A stretch of DNA of 58,157 bases from Ministeria vibrans ATCC 50519 (lineage: Eukaryota > Protista > Filasterea), in assembly GCA_943704425.1 (NCBI GenBank), contig CALSCP010001726.1:1-58157 (forward strand), given 5' to 3'. Below are positions 11,979 to 23,992 of the stretch, in pieces. Positions within the stretch are counted from its first letter, which is position 1; the number at the start of each line of letters is the position of its first letter. The notes beneath the pieces are model-generated. The model saw only the letters and a list, made by a program, of their open reading frames with translations, was not told the origin of the DNA and searched no databases. Position numbers and translations under genes: made by a program.

Positions 11979-14659
11979 CTATCGACCGGCAAGAGCATCA
12001 CGGGTCTCTTCGGCTGCCAGACGGACCTTGGGTTCGGCATGAATGAGAAGAGCATGCACCACGGCGGCCATGTCAAATAGCTGCCCATTGGCACGAGCAT
12101 CGTTGTTTTCGAGCACAAGGGTGCCGAGGGCAACAAGAGCACGATAGCACGTCTCGGGAGCACGGTCGCGTTTGAGCACGTCTAGTAGGGTGGACATGCA
12201 TTGCATGGCGCTGTCGGTGTCCGCTGACAAGGTTGCGGGCAGTGCAAATGACAAGGGACTCCGCAAGACAACGGTAAAACTAGAAGAAGAAAAACAAAAG
12301 GAAATGAGAACAGTGTCAAAAAAAGACATTATCGACAAAAATAAAATAAAAATAACATACTTGAGGAGGAGGGTGGCAAGAGCCAATCGCACGCCAGGGT
12401 GGTCTACATTGGCGGGAATGTCGGTGACAGCCACAAGGACTGAGGCGCGATGGTCAATGATGGCGGAGCGAGAAGAAGCATGACGGAAGGCGTTGGTAAA
12501 GAAGCGCAGGGTGAGCATGAGGGCGGGGGGAGGTGAGGCGGCGTTGCTGAGAATGGAGAGAAGAGCCGCTGTGATAGGGCCGTCGCTGAGGAGCTGAGCA
12601 CCGGCGGGGGTGAGAACAAGAAGGCGCATGAGATCGATGGCGGGGAAGAGAGTGTGCGAGGGCCAGTCGGTGAGGAGAGCCGCGAGAGTGTCGCGCACGC
12701 CCGAGTCAATACTTGAAGGAGTGTGTTGGAGCGCAAGGAATGCGTGCGCAACGTGTTCGATGGCGGTTGGGCCGAGACGCGCGCTGTCTGGAATGTCGGA
12801 CGAGGAGGCACTGAGGGCAAGCAGTTTGTCGTGGATTGCCTGGTGGTTGCCCGATTCAAAGGCAAGCAGAAGTTTGAGGGGAATGTGCTTGCGGGCACGC
12901 GCCGGTGGCATTTGTCCGCCAAGGGGCGCGTGCGATGGAGCGCTCATGGATGACGGTGGCGGGAGAGCTTCGCTGCGTGTAAGTGGGTCGGCATTGCCCG
13001 AGCCGACGGGACCGCCAAGTTCGACACCCTTGGTGTTGGTGGTGATAAACTCGGCAATCTCCTGGACAAAGCGCGTGTCGAGGAGGTTGCGCTCGACAAA
13101 CTGGTAGGCGGCCATCCAAGGGTTCTCGGTCACGTTGAATGGCAGTTTACGAGCGGGGATGCCGTCGCCAAGATCGATGTCAAAGACATAGTCGTACTCG
13201 CGTCCGTCGTAGAGTTGCTTGGACGCGTTGGCCGCCGTGTCGACGACTTCACCCACTTTACTCCATTGTGCCTCGCCCGCACTCCAACTGTACAGATCCA
13301 CTTTGCCCTGTGCGTTGCGAACCATTTTCGTCTGTCCTTCGCGCGCACCGGGTACAGACAGTGCTGACTCGTCGGGAAGTGTCGCCACATCGATGCCACC
13401 AATTTCGCGAGCGGACACCGTCTGGCTGGCGACGGCCGCATCAAAAGTGGCAATCGTTTCGGCATTGGCAATGCGTGCTGGATCACGACTAAACACACGC
13501 ACCACACCGTCACTGCTGCCGCTCACAACGTCACCCGAAGGCAACGCAGCCACGGCCCACACTGATTTGGCCGGGTGTGCAATCGTCTGTACACACTCAC
13601 CTTCACGCCACACTTTGACGCACGAATCTTCGCCACACGACACCAGTTCGCCCGTAGCCATCACCGACGCAACGCCATACACGTAGTTGGAGTGCGAAAA
13701 GAGTGACTGTTGCAAGTCACCCTCGAGCGAGTAGATGCGCAATGATCTAACAACAACAAAATGAAAAAAGAGAAAAAAAAATTGGTCAACAAGAAGACGC
13801 ATGGGAACGGTCTTACGCGTCGTTGGAACACGAGACAAACCCGGACGGGAGCAGTGCCAGACCACGGACGCAGTCGGTGTGGCCAGTGATGCTACGTACG
13901 GAAACACCGCCGGTCCACATTCGAATGGTTTTGTCAGCGCTTGCTATACAATTAATAGTTGGCAGTGTGTCAATTTCTGTTATGGTGATCGCGTCTTGAG
14001 TCGATCCTCAATACTTACCAGTGACAATTGTTCCGTTGGGCAAGCCCAAGACGGCCCACACAGCCGACTCGTGTCCGTTCAGTGTCTGTTGGCAATTGGC
14101 GTTCTGGGACGACCAGATTCGCGCACTCCTACACACACGAAAACAAAAGTTGCAATCGAGGATGAGCAACTTCAATGATTGTGTCGCGTTGCGCTTTTAC
14201 GTGTCCCACGATCCTGAGATGATATCGCCGGTGACAGTAGTGGAAAGAGCACACACTGTCGAAGTGTGACCCAGCAAAGTGAAGACGGGCTCGCTAATGT
14301 CTGCCAGTGAGTACACCAGAATGCGGTTGTCTTGACTGCCCGTCGCAAGGGCTCCTGCATGAGAGAATTCGAATGTTGTTGAATGAGAAGAAGTGCAAGA
14401 GCAAGTGACAAAGACGCATAAGTCGATGAGGGGTGACGTGCCGAGATTGGAGCAGTGACTGACCTGTGGGAAAGACGTCGGAGGAAGGAAGGACAGCAAG
14501 GGCCATCACAAAACCCGTATGGTCCGTCAGCGTGCTCATTGGCACTTCGCTGGTGCCATCTTCGTTGCGAGAGGCAGGCCAGAGCTTGGCAGTGTGGTCT
14601 CGCGAACCGGAGAGGATCAAACCATCGACATCGGACGGCACAAAGGCAACGGCGCGAAC
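11979..14659 (-). CDS. PLAA: Phospholipase A-2-activating protein / Doa1/Ufd3 (WD40-PFU-PUL); first exon not found
   Basis: WD40 repeats (ILSGSRDHTAKLW, IISGSWD, LVSCGEDSCVKVW), PFU domain (YDGREYDYVFDID...KLPFNVTENPW) and PUL domain (LFPAIDLMRL, YRALVALGTL). The most 5' exon starts after an AG acceptor, with no start exon upstream. Confidence 0.92.
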
Positions 14660-14971
14660 CTGAACACAATTTTAACGATGAGTTGTCAAAAACAGAGAGA
14701 GAAGAAAAAAAAAACAAGATAAAAAACGAGAATGTTGCAGGTGGACGGCACAAGAGAGATCGTGTAAGACGTAGGCAGGGCAAGACCAAAGAGAACAGGA
14801 GAGAAGGGCGATTGAAGTTCCTCAACCTTCGCGAAGAAAAAAAAAAAAAAAAAAAAAAGAATGAAAAGGAAAAAGTGCCACCACACAATGGGATAAGCAC
14901 GAGTTGACAGGGCACGGGTGCCAGCAGACTCGGGATGCATCTGCTAACACGCGTGCCTGCCCCCGCCACAG

Positions 14972-15333
14972 CGGAAATCACCATGTTCGACGGCGTGACC
15001 GTTGTGTACCGCAGCAACATCGACGTCTTCTTCTACGTCGTGGGGGCCGCCTACGACAACGAGCTCATCCTCATGACCGTCCTCAACGCCTTCTTCGACA
15101 CCATCTCCACCCTCCTGCAGAACACCGTCGAGAAGCGCGCCATCCTCGACAATCTGGACGGAGTGCTCTTGGCCCTTGACGAGATCATCGACGGCGGCAT
15201 CATCATGGAAATCGAGCCGGCCACCGTCCTCTCCCACATCATTAGCCGTCGCTCGACCGAGCAGAAACAAGACTCTGTCTCCCAACTGTTCCAATCGGCG
15301 ACCGAAAAGGTCGCAAAGAACTTCCTCAAGTGA
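14972..15333 (+). CDS. COPZ1: Coatomer subunit zeta, C-terminal exon only
   Basis: EITMFDGVTVVYRSNIDVFFYVVGAAYDNELILMTVL...VEKRAILDNLD..LALDEIIDGGIIME matches zeta-COP. The N-terminal ~50 aa (ILILD...AKYY) are absent. Confidence 0.9.
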
Positions 15334-15452
15334 TTTCCCTTCTCCTCCTTCCTTCTCGCCACTGTACAATGTAACCCAAAAGCCATACCAAACGAAAAGA
15401 GAATTACTATTGTTTTATATATTATATATATATCTGGAGCTAGACGTCCTTC

Positions 15453-16469
15453 TCACTGCCTTCTGATGAGGGAGAGAAATTCCTCGCGGGTCTTGGAGTC
15501 CTCGCGGAAGACGCCCAACATGGAGCTGGTGACGGTGGACGCGCCGGGCTTCTGCACACCCCGCATAGTCATGCACATGTGGGACGCCTCAATGACCACC
15601 CCGACCCCCGTGGGCTGGATGCTGTCCATTACCGCCACTGCAATCTGTCGTGTCAGTCGTTCTTGTACCTAAACAAGCGTGAGTCAATTGCAATCGAGTG
15701 TGTGTGTCCCTCCTCACTTGCAATCGTCGAGAATAAGTTTCGGCGAGTCGCGCCACTTTGGAGAGGCCGAGGACTTGTCCGTTGGGAATGTAGCCAATGT
15801 GGCACTTGCCCACAAACGGGATCATGTGGTGCTCACACAGAGACGAAATGTCAATGTCGCGCACGATCACCATCTCATCATGCTCCTCCTGAAAGATAGC
15901 CTTGTCCGTCACATCTGCGCGGGGTGTTAGCTCGCAGCAGCATCAAGACACACACACACACACACACACTGGAGCGTACCCTTGGGCTGGATCTGGTAGC
16001 CACTGGTGAAGAAGAGCAGCGCTTTGGCTGCGCGCATGGGTGTCTTGACGAGCCCTTCGCGCGACACATCCTCGCCAATGCTCTCCAGCAGCACTTTCAC
16101 TGCGTCCGCCATGCGCTGGAGGCGAGCCGCATGCTCCTCCTCCGATTCCTCAAGGCGAGCCAATGCCCCCACGCCTACAGAGGGGCGGCGGTGTCAAACA
16201 TACACTCTCCGATCAGATCACATCATGAGTCAAAGGGGGTCGGTTGCAGTGCCATGCGATTGGCCATTCCAAAGGGCAACGATGCACACAGCAGAGTGCA
16301 TGGGGAAGGGAGGCGGAGGGTGGTAGCACACAAGGCACAGGGCAGCTGGATGGAGTGTGCAGTGATTGCGACTTGCCGTACTGGGCCACGACAGTCCAGT
16401 CGAGTTGCGACGGCTCTGGCTCTGGATCGCCATTGTTGCTTCGTGGTTCATGTCGGATGAGTCTGCCAT
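15453..16469 (-). CDS. GCH1: GTP cyclohydrolase I, 4 exons
   Basis: [83 protein letters not shown]. Confidence 0.96.
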
Positions 16470-17018
16470 GGATGTTGACTGTATGAGTAGAACCAAGAAA
16501 AATAAAACTGATATGATTAAGTCATTAAGATTATTTCATAATATTTTAAAAGACTTTTTTGAGGGGATCGACAGACGGACGAAAAAATGATCACTCAACT
16601 CAAAAATTGGAAAACGTTGTCAAACCTCACTACTTCAGCATTTACTCACAGAATAACAATTATTAACCAGGATGAATGATTGTTAATTGAACAAGCAAAC
16701 AGCCATGTGTGTAAGCGAGAAGTGAAAGATGTGTGTGAAACGAGTAATTTTATTCGACTCAGTTTCGACCAGAACTCGACCAGTCGAGAGGAGTCGAAAT
16801 TGAGCCGGAAAGCGCCAAAATCAGCTTACCGTCTGGAACAATTCACTTGATTGGATGTTGAAATGTGGCGTGACGGGCGAGATGGAAGAAAAAAAAATAC
16901 TGTTGATCGAAAATTGAATAAGAAGAATAGAGTACGTCAAATGTCAAAACAAGAATCTTGTCAAATTGAAAGCGAAATCGCAATAATTATTATTAATTTG
17001 GCAGGAACGAGGTGAAAA

Positions 17019-20000
17019 CTATTTCAACATAGTCGATGTAAACATCTGCTTGATGACGCGCGGCACATCGCCCGTGTCCATACACACATACGCCCGTCCA
17101 CTCGGAAGCTTCTTCTTCAGTCTATAAACAGCGCATCAACACACACATAATACACACATAACATATGATTATATATATATATACACACACACTCCCTTGT
17201 TTTTTTCTGCGTACCGCTCTGCTTGATCGCCCAGTGAGCCAATGAAAATGGCACAGGCGTGCACAGACTCCTCCGCCACCAACGCACGTCCAAGGGACTC
17301 GGGCGGAATTCCATACCGGTCCAAATTCGCATCACTACACACACACGAATCAAAACCCAAAAGAGAAGAAGACCTTTATAAGACTTACCTGAGAAGCACG
17401 ACAAAACGCTCGTCATACTTGTCCTTGTCGTACGCTGCCAGTGCTCCCACCGCCTCCCGCGCTGCCTCCAGCGTATGGTCCCCCGAGTCGCAAAACTGTG
17501 CGTGTGCCAGTAGCTTTTGCAGTGTCTGATACCGCTCCTAAAAACAAACCAGTACATTTTCATCTCCTCATTTGCAGCGCATTCATTCTACTCTTACCTT
17601 TTCGTTTTTGGGAACGGACGAGAGAGTGACAAAAGGAATCATCGAGCGATCGCCCGAATGGCCGTAGATCTCATAGACAAGGCGGGATTGCGAGTCAGCA
17701 CTGGCCGCAACAGCCTCCATGATCATGCATGCGGCAGACAGCGACCGCGTCAGCCGCGAGTCAGACCCGTTGAACCGGTACATTGACCCAGAGCTGCACA
17801 CAAAAATGGAAAATGAGCCAAAAAAAAAAACAGCCACACACCCCACAAAGAGTATCGCTACTTCTTACACATCAAAGACAAAACGGACAATCTTGGGCTT
17901 CATCTGAACTGAACCGGGCGGAGGCGGTGCATCCGCACGGCGGCGAAACACCGCTCGCTCGCCTGTCACGCCCTCCACCAGGCGAGAGTCATCCAAATCC
18001 CCTACAAAAAGAAACTCCCAATTACACTCACTGCTAATTGCAGTGTCGTATTCTCTTTCGCTACCCGTCGTTTGGTGGCGCTGCCATGACCGCTCGTGTG
18101 ACTTGGCCTCCAAGCCTGCAAGGACGTCCTTGAGCAGCCGGATCTCGCGCGTCACTGCCTCTCGGTACTGCCCATACGCCTTGGCATCGTACACGCTCAT
18201 GTTGATCTCCTCAAGCCGCTTAAGAAACGCCTGATCCCCCATTGCTCGCGCTGCTCGCTTCACATCCAACGGCACATCGTCCTTCTCAAACTGAGGCACC
18301 TACATAAATAGCAAATTACAAAAAAAAAAAAACAAAAAAAAAAACACAAAACAAAACATTTTTTTTTAGTTTTTTTTTATAGCTATAATTATGTAATTTA
18401 TTTTAAAAATCAGTTTTGTACCTGAGCGACATCGTGTCCTGCGTCGAGACGGTAGGGTCCGCCCTTGCCACCAAGCCCGGCCGTGTCGCGCCCACCTGTG
18501 CCACCCGCCCACTGATTCCCGCCCACATGCGGCTCATTCTTCCCATCCACCTTGCCATGCTTGGGGCCCGTCACGTCCTTGCCGCTCGCGCGCTCCCGCA
18601 TCATATCCCGTTTGCCCCGCTGAATCTCAATCTGAATGGCCGCCTGACGTTCCTTCTCTTCGCCCACCATCTTGAGCCACGAAACCAGTTTGGTCGCAAC
18701 TGCACGTCCGTCTGTCTCCCACACACGCACCAGTCCCTGCGCCGTCGACATAACCACCACACCTGGCTCACGTGTCGCACTCGCCATGCGCAACGTATCG
18801 CCCATCTGTCGTCGCATGTACTCGCCCATTGAGTCCGTCTCATCCGCTCCACGGGCCCCCACAGGCACCTTGCGTTGCGACTTCTCCGCCGTCGTCAGTG
18901 CAATGTCGCGGCGCACACGTCGCACCACATCAACCACTTGCATTGTCTTTTCGCCACGCTCGCCACTTTCCACCAGACGCATCACAGTGCCTCCGCTCGC
19001 TCCCAACGTCTGCAACACTCGCGGCGCATCTGCACTGTTCGTCTCACCATCTGCCGCCGCAAAACCCATCACTTGCACCTTCATTCCGTCGGCGTCCATT
19101 GAACCCCGCTCCACACTCAGTGCCGTCATACCCGATTCCTCACTCGCACCCATCGCGCGTGCAGACTCATTGTCGCCCCAGGGAGCAAACATGGCTGACC
19201 GATTGCTCGCCCCAGGGTACGCGTCAGTACGTGGCACCACCGTCGGAGCACACGCATCCGACGACGACGACGTTGTCGTCGTCAAAGGCGCCCAAATCGA
19301 AGGGTAGCCGTCGCTCTGCTGACCCGACAACAAAAAGAGGTTCACCGGTGCCGTATTGTCCTCTTGCATCTCCTCCACAAGCCACTCGTTGTTCGACAGA
19401 ACACTCACGCGACCCACTGGCACCGGCACGGTCATTGACACGTCCGTCACCACACCATCGTCCCGGTCCAGCGCTGACAAGTGCACATAGTGCAAGCGGG
19501 TACCACCACGTCGGTACACCAGCACATCACCTTTGCCAATGCCCGCCTCAACTGCATATTCGGGATCAGACGCACTCGCTTGTGCGCCCTTGGCCGAGCC
19601 CATTACACGCATGGCGCGTTCGGCAAGCCCTTCGTCCACCGTCACGGCCCACGCCTCACCTGACAGCGTATTGACACGCAACAGTGTATTCTTCAGACGA
19701 TCATGCACAAGCACACGATCGTCATTCAACGCAATACACTGCATTGATTCCTTGCGCCCTCCACGGTACACTGGCGGAAATATGTCGTACAAGTCACACA
19801 CACGCATTTGACGTCCATTGTCAAAGTACGAGTAGAGCGCCGGAGGAGATACAGCCACAGCGTGCACTGTCGTGCTGTCCGCCGCACACACAGAGGCAAT
19901 GCGTTGTGCGTTTGTCAACGGAATTCGCCAGTTGCGCAACTACCGCAGCAAAACATTGATGGAAAATTGAAGATTTTTTTAAAATAATAATAATAATAAT

Positions 20001-20081
20001 AAAATAATAATAAATAATAATTATAATAATAATAATAATAATAATAATAGTAATAATAATAATAATTATAATAATAATAAT

Positions 20082-20121
<40 letters not shown>

Positions 20122-21185
20122 GTAATAATAATACTAATAATACTAATAATAGTAATAACGATTTTTTACCTCTTCCGTGAAACGATCGGCACGACATTCC
20201 GTGAGACCGTCCTCTGCATTGTGAACGCGACCATCGCCAATGAGAAACGGCCCGCGGACACGCACGGAGGCCTCGCGCAGGGAGAGACGACGCATGCGCG
20301 AGGCATCGCGGGTCCACTGGCCCACTCGAACGGGAACGGGCAGTGCCTGCTCGTTGCCCAGCAACACACGGTCGGCCGAGCCACCAAAGGGAATGCCACA
20401 GTGGTGCAGGGCACTGATGAGCGCACCACGTGCCGTCTCGTCGCGGTAGTCAAAGTCCATTACGTTGGCAGCAGCAATTGCCGCACTGTCCTGCGGGAAG
20501 TCATTGATGTGCCGTGCAATAGCCACAAGTTCTCGTGTGCTGTACGGGTACGAGAGCTCTCCAGCATCCGCTTTGGCTGAAAAAAAAAAAAAACCAAAGA
20601 ACAAATCCATAGTTGTAATATCAGAAGAACCTTGTTAATTTTTTTTCTTCTTTTTTTTTTTTTTACCTCTGAGGGTGGCAAATGCTTTGCAGAGACGCTC
20701 GAGAAGATCACGTTCGACATTGGGTGCGTACTGTTCAAGCATCTGCAGCTCACTGGCACGGTCAGGGTTGTCTACAGCGTGGCAGCCAAAGACATCGCCG
20801 ACCGCACTGAAGAAGTTGTTGCCAAGGAAAGGGAAGCCGGGACGGTTCGCGAGCACAATCATGCGAAAGTCCTTGTGAATGACAATCTCCTTCTCACGAC
20901 TGTACACTCGCTCAATCAGTGCATCACCACGGTCGTGCGACGGAATTTCTGTTGCAGCGGCGGCCGTCATGTCACTCGGGTGTGATACAATGCGTCGCCC
21001 ATCTGCCAACATCATCTCGCGTCGCTCCACCAGCTCTTTGAGTACCCCCACCACATGCGACGGCGCCTTGTCTGCCTCGTCCACCACCAGCACGTGCCCT
21101 TCACGCGCCGCACGCACCAGCGCACTGTCCTCATACACAACGCGTCCTGATATCACATTGGGCTGCGATGTCAACGATTGCACTA

Positions 21186-21237
<52 letters not shown>

Positions 21238-23909
21238 ACTATTAATAATGCACAAACATTTCAACTTTTTTTTTGTTTTCGTTTACCTGTGGTGTCACGG
21301 TGGAGTTGGAGATACTCGCGAGGGCGACGGAGAAGCTGAAGGAAGCGATCTGCAAGCTTGTTCTTGCCAACGCCTTGATTGCCCATAAGCAGGAGATGGT
21401 CACCGAGGAGCCAGTCGGCGAGCATGTCGCGCAGGTTAGCAGTGTGACGTGCATTGTCATAGTAGAGGATGGACGGTACGAGGGCATGGTGATCGGCCGT
21501 AGCGTCGGCCAAGGGCACGGAGATGTCACCGACCACCAGGTGGTTGTCGGCTGTAATAGTGGGTACCGCGGCAATGTTGTGCTCTGTCTCTTGACGCCCA
21601 GTATTGTGTGAAGTCGAGTGCACCGCGAGAATGTCTTCGACCGACTCGCGCGCGAGAGCTGGAAGAAACTGTGCCAGCGTGACTTTGCGGACCGACTCGG
21701 CCACCGACTCGTTGGGGAACCGTCCCAGGCGACGCGCGGCACGGACAAGCTGACGAGTGGACAGGTGAACACCACTGCCAAGGGGTGACGAGGCAGCGCC
21801 TTCGTTTTCCTCCACGTGAGTGGCGCTCGCTGGCTCGTTGGAGCCGCGAAGTGCCTCGGCAATGGCAAGGAGCTCGGCGGCCGCCTGTGGCGGACATTCG
21901 GGTGCCTGGGCACGCAGAATGGCCGCCTCGTCGGCGTGCGACAACGGCTTGAGCGTGTGGAAGTTGAACACGGAGGCGGTCTCGGGAGTAAGCCAGGGAA
22001 TAGCATCGGGTGAGGGGTGACCGGGAATCGGTGGGGGTTCGGCAAGGGCAAGCACGCGGAAGGACTCGTGGACACGCAGGAAGGCGGTGGACGAGGTATC
22101 GCGCAGGTGTGCAGGCATAGAGTCGTAGCGGTCGTGACGCAAAAGACGCGTACCGTCGTGCAACTGAGCGTCGCCGTCGTAAAGGAGGCGGTAAAGCACG
22201 GCCAAAGTGCCCTGGTCGCAGCGATGGATGCCGTCGAGAACGGCAAGGTGGCCCTTGACGGCGGCGCGCACCAGAGTGCTGGGCACCCACATGGTGTCGC
22301 CGTTGGGAAGCGTGTCGCGTCGCTGGAGTAGGTCGCGGTCAAGCGTGTCCTTGTGGAGCGTGACAAGCACCGTCTCGTAGCCGAGAAGCGCGGCAAAGGC
22401 CTCGGCAAGCTGGGACTTGCCGCAGCCACGGGGCCCCACCAGACACAGCTGTGCACCGGCTGCGTGCGAGACCATCATGTTGCCCAACACCGCACTGTGG
22501 TAGGGGGCGCTCACGTAGCCGCGGGCAAGAGGCGAGCGGGGTGCTTCCGAGCCGGTGGTGACGGGAAGCGCCGAGGTACCATTGGCAAGAAGGATGGTGC
22601 CGGTGCTGGCGTCTGCCGTGCGGGCTGCGTCCACGCTCACTGCCATGTCGACGGTGACGTCGGCGGGCAGGGCGGCGGAGCCCTCAACGAGTTTGTGAGC
22701 AACAAGAGCCCGTTCAATGATGCCACGCGTGTCAGCATTGGTCACGAGCGAGTACGGGTAGGCGGCGTGCACAATGGCCGAGAGAGACATGTGGGGCGCC
22801 AGAGTGAGCATACGCGCCACCGTGGTGAGCTTGTGCGTGGCAAACTCGGGTACACCATCGGCCGCAAGCGATACTGATGCCGAGAAGGTGGAGAGGTCAT
22901 GGAAACGAGGGTTCTCTTGCTGCACCGTGCGTTGCATGAGGCGCGTGAGGGCGTCGCGGTGCGGCGCGGCGCAGAGGCGTGCTTGAAAACGCGAGCGGAG
23001 AGGTGGGTCCAGAGGATGTCCGCGATACTGAGGCACAGGCAAGCCCAAAGCAATGACACGAAAGCGTTCGCTGGTGCGTACCAGTTGCCACGTGTCGAGT
23101 TCCGCCTGTCCATGCTCGCGCAACAGCTGATCGTAGCGAGCGGGACTCGTCAGGAAGCGACCGTCTTCAAGGCGCATTTCGCGATTCTCCAACAGATTGT
23201 TGAGGACAGGCAGTACATTGCGTTCGGCCTTCTCGATGCCATCCAGGATAAGCACGCGACCAAGAAGAGCGGCGCGCACTGCTCCCTGGTCGTGGAAACT
23301 CGCCGTGCCGTTGGACAACTCGCGACGTTGCTTCAGATCCGATTCGGTTGTGTCGCGCGACAGCGCCACATACTCCACTTCACGCTGGGTCATCTCGCAG
23401 TATTGAAGGGCAAGGCGAAGGCGGTCAGGTGACGGCGGGCCAATCAAGAACATGTCCTGAAGGGCGCAGTCAGTCGCAACGTCTCTTATGTGTGTGTGTG
23501 TGTGTGTGTGTGTGTCTCACCTGCGAAAGTAGTTCCTTCTGCATCATCCAGCGCAAGTGACGGATCGTTTCGGGGTGTTGAAGAGCAAGCTGGGCGGCCG
23601 AAGCGCCACCAAAGCCCGTTGGCACAAGGACTGAGCGAAGGAATGAGTTGAGGTCGCGTTCACGTTCTAAGTGGCAAAACGGATTTCTTACGGGGATCGG
23701 AGGGAGGGGGACACTCCAACGTGACGTCTCCTATGCTCACACGCACGTCTTCGGCCGAGGCAGAGTCTAGAAGCGGAGGGGGAGTGAGGAATGCGGTGGT
23801 GACTGAAGCGACTATTCACGTGAACCGTACTCGATGACGACGAGCGTGCAAAGGTCATCTGCGGCCGCAGCGACACCTGGAACCGTCGGAGGCGGCCAAG
23901 GGCGTGCAT
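17019..23909 (-). CDS. VWA8: VWA8 (mitochondrial tandem AAA+ ATPase with C-terminal VWA domain), multi-exon
   Basis: DMFLIGPPS...EVEYVALSRDTTESDLKQRREL, ILDGIEKAERNVLPVLNNLLENREM, Walker A motifs GPRGCGKS and GNQGVGKN, PKHGKVD..NEPHVGGNQWAGGTGGRDTAGLGGKGGPYRLDAGH, and MIDAS FVFDVSGSMYRFN. Arg-rich presequence-like N-terminus. Confidence 0.95.
19983..20158. repeat. (AAT)n microsatellite in a VWA8 intron
   Basis: Directly visible. Confidence 0.95.
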
Positions 23910-23992
23910 TGGGAGAGAAGGAGAGAAAGAGCAATAGAATTGAATATCAATTAATGATATTGAAGAATGAAGAAGAAGAAGACATTGATATT

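Noticed and set aside
16560-17010. Longer intergenic stretch with repeated TCGA words, a possible ncRNA or tRNA
   Set aside because: No cloverleaf, A/B boxes or known RNA motif seen; it is compatible with the VWA8 3'UTR plus the GCH1 promoter.
18416-23432. Many long antisense and alternate-frame ORFs over VWA8 (also over FANCA, PLAA, COG6)
   Set aside because: Expected shadows of GC-rich coding sequence, with no recognisable motifs.
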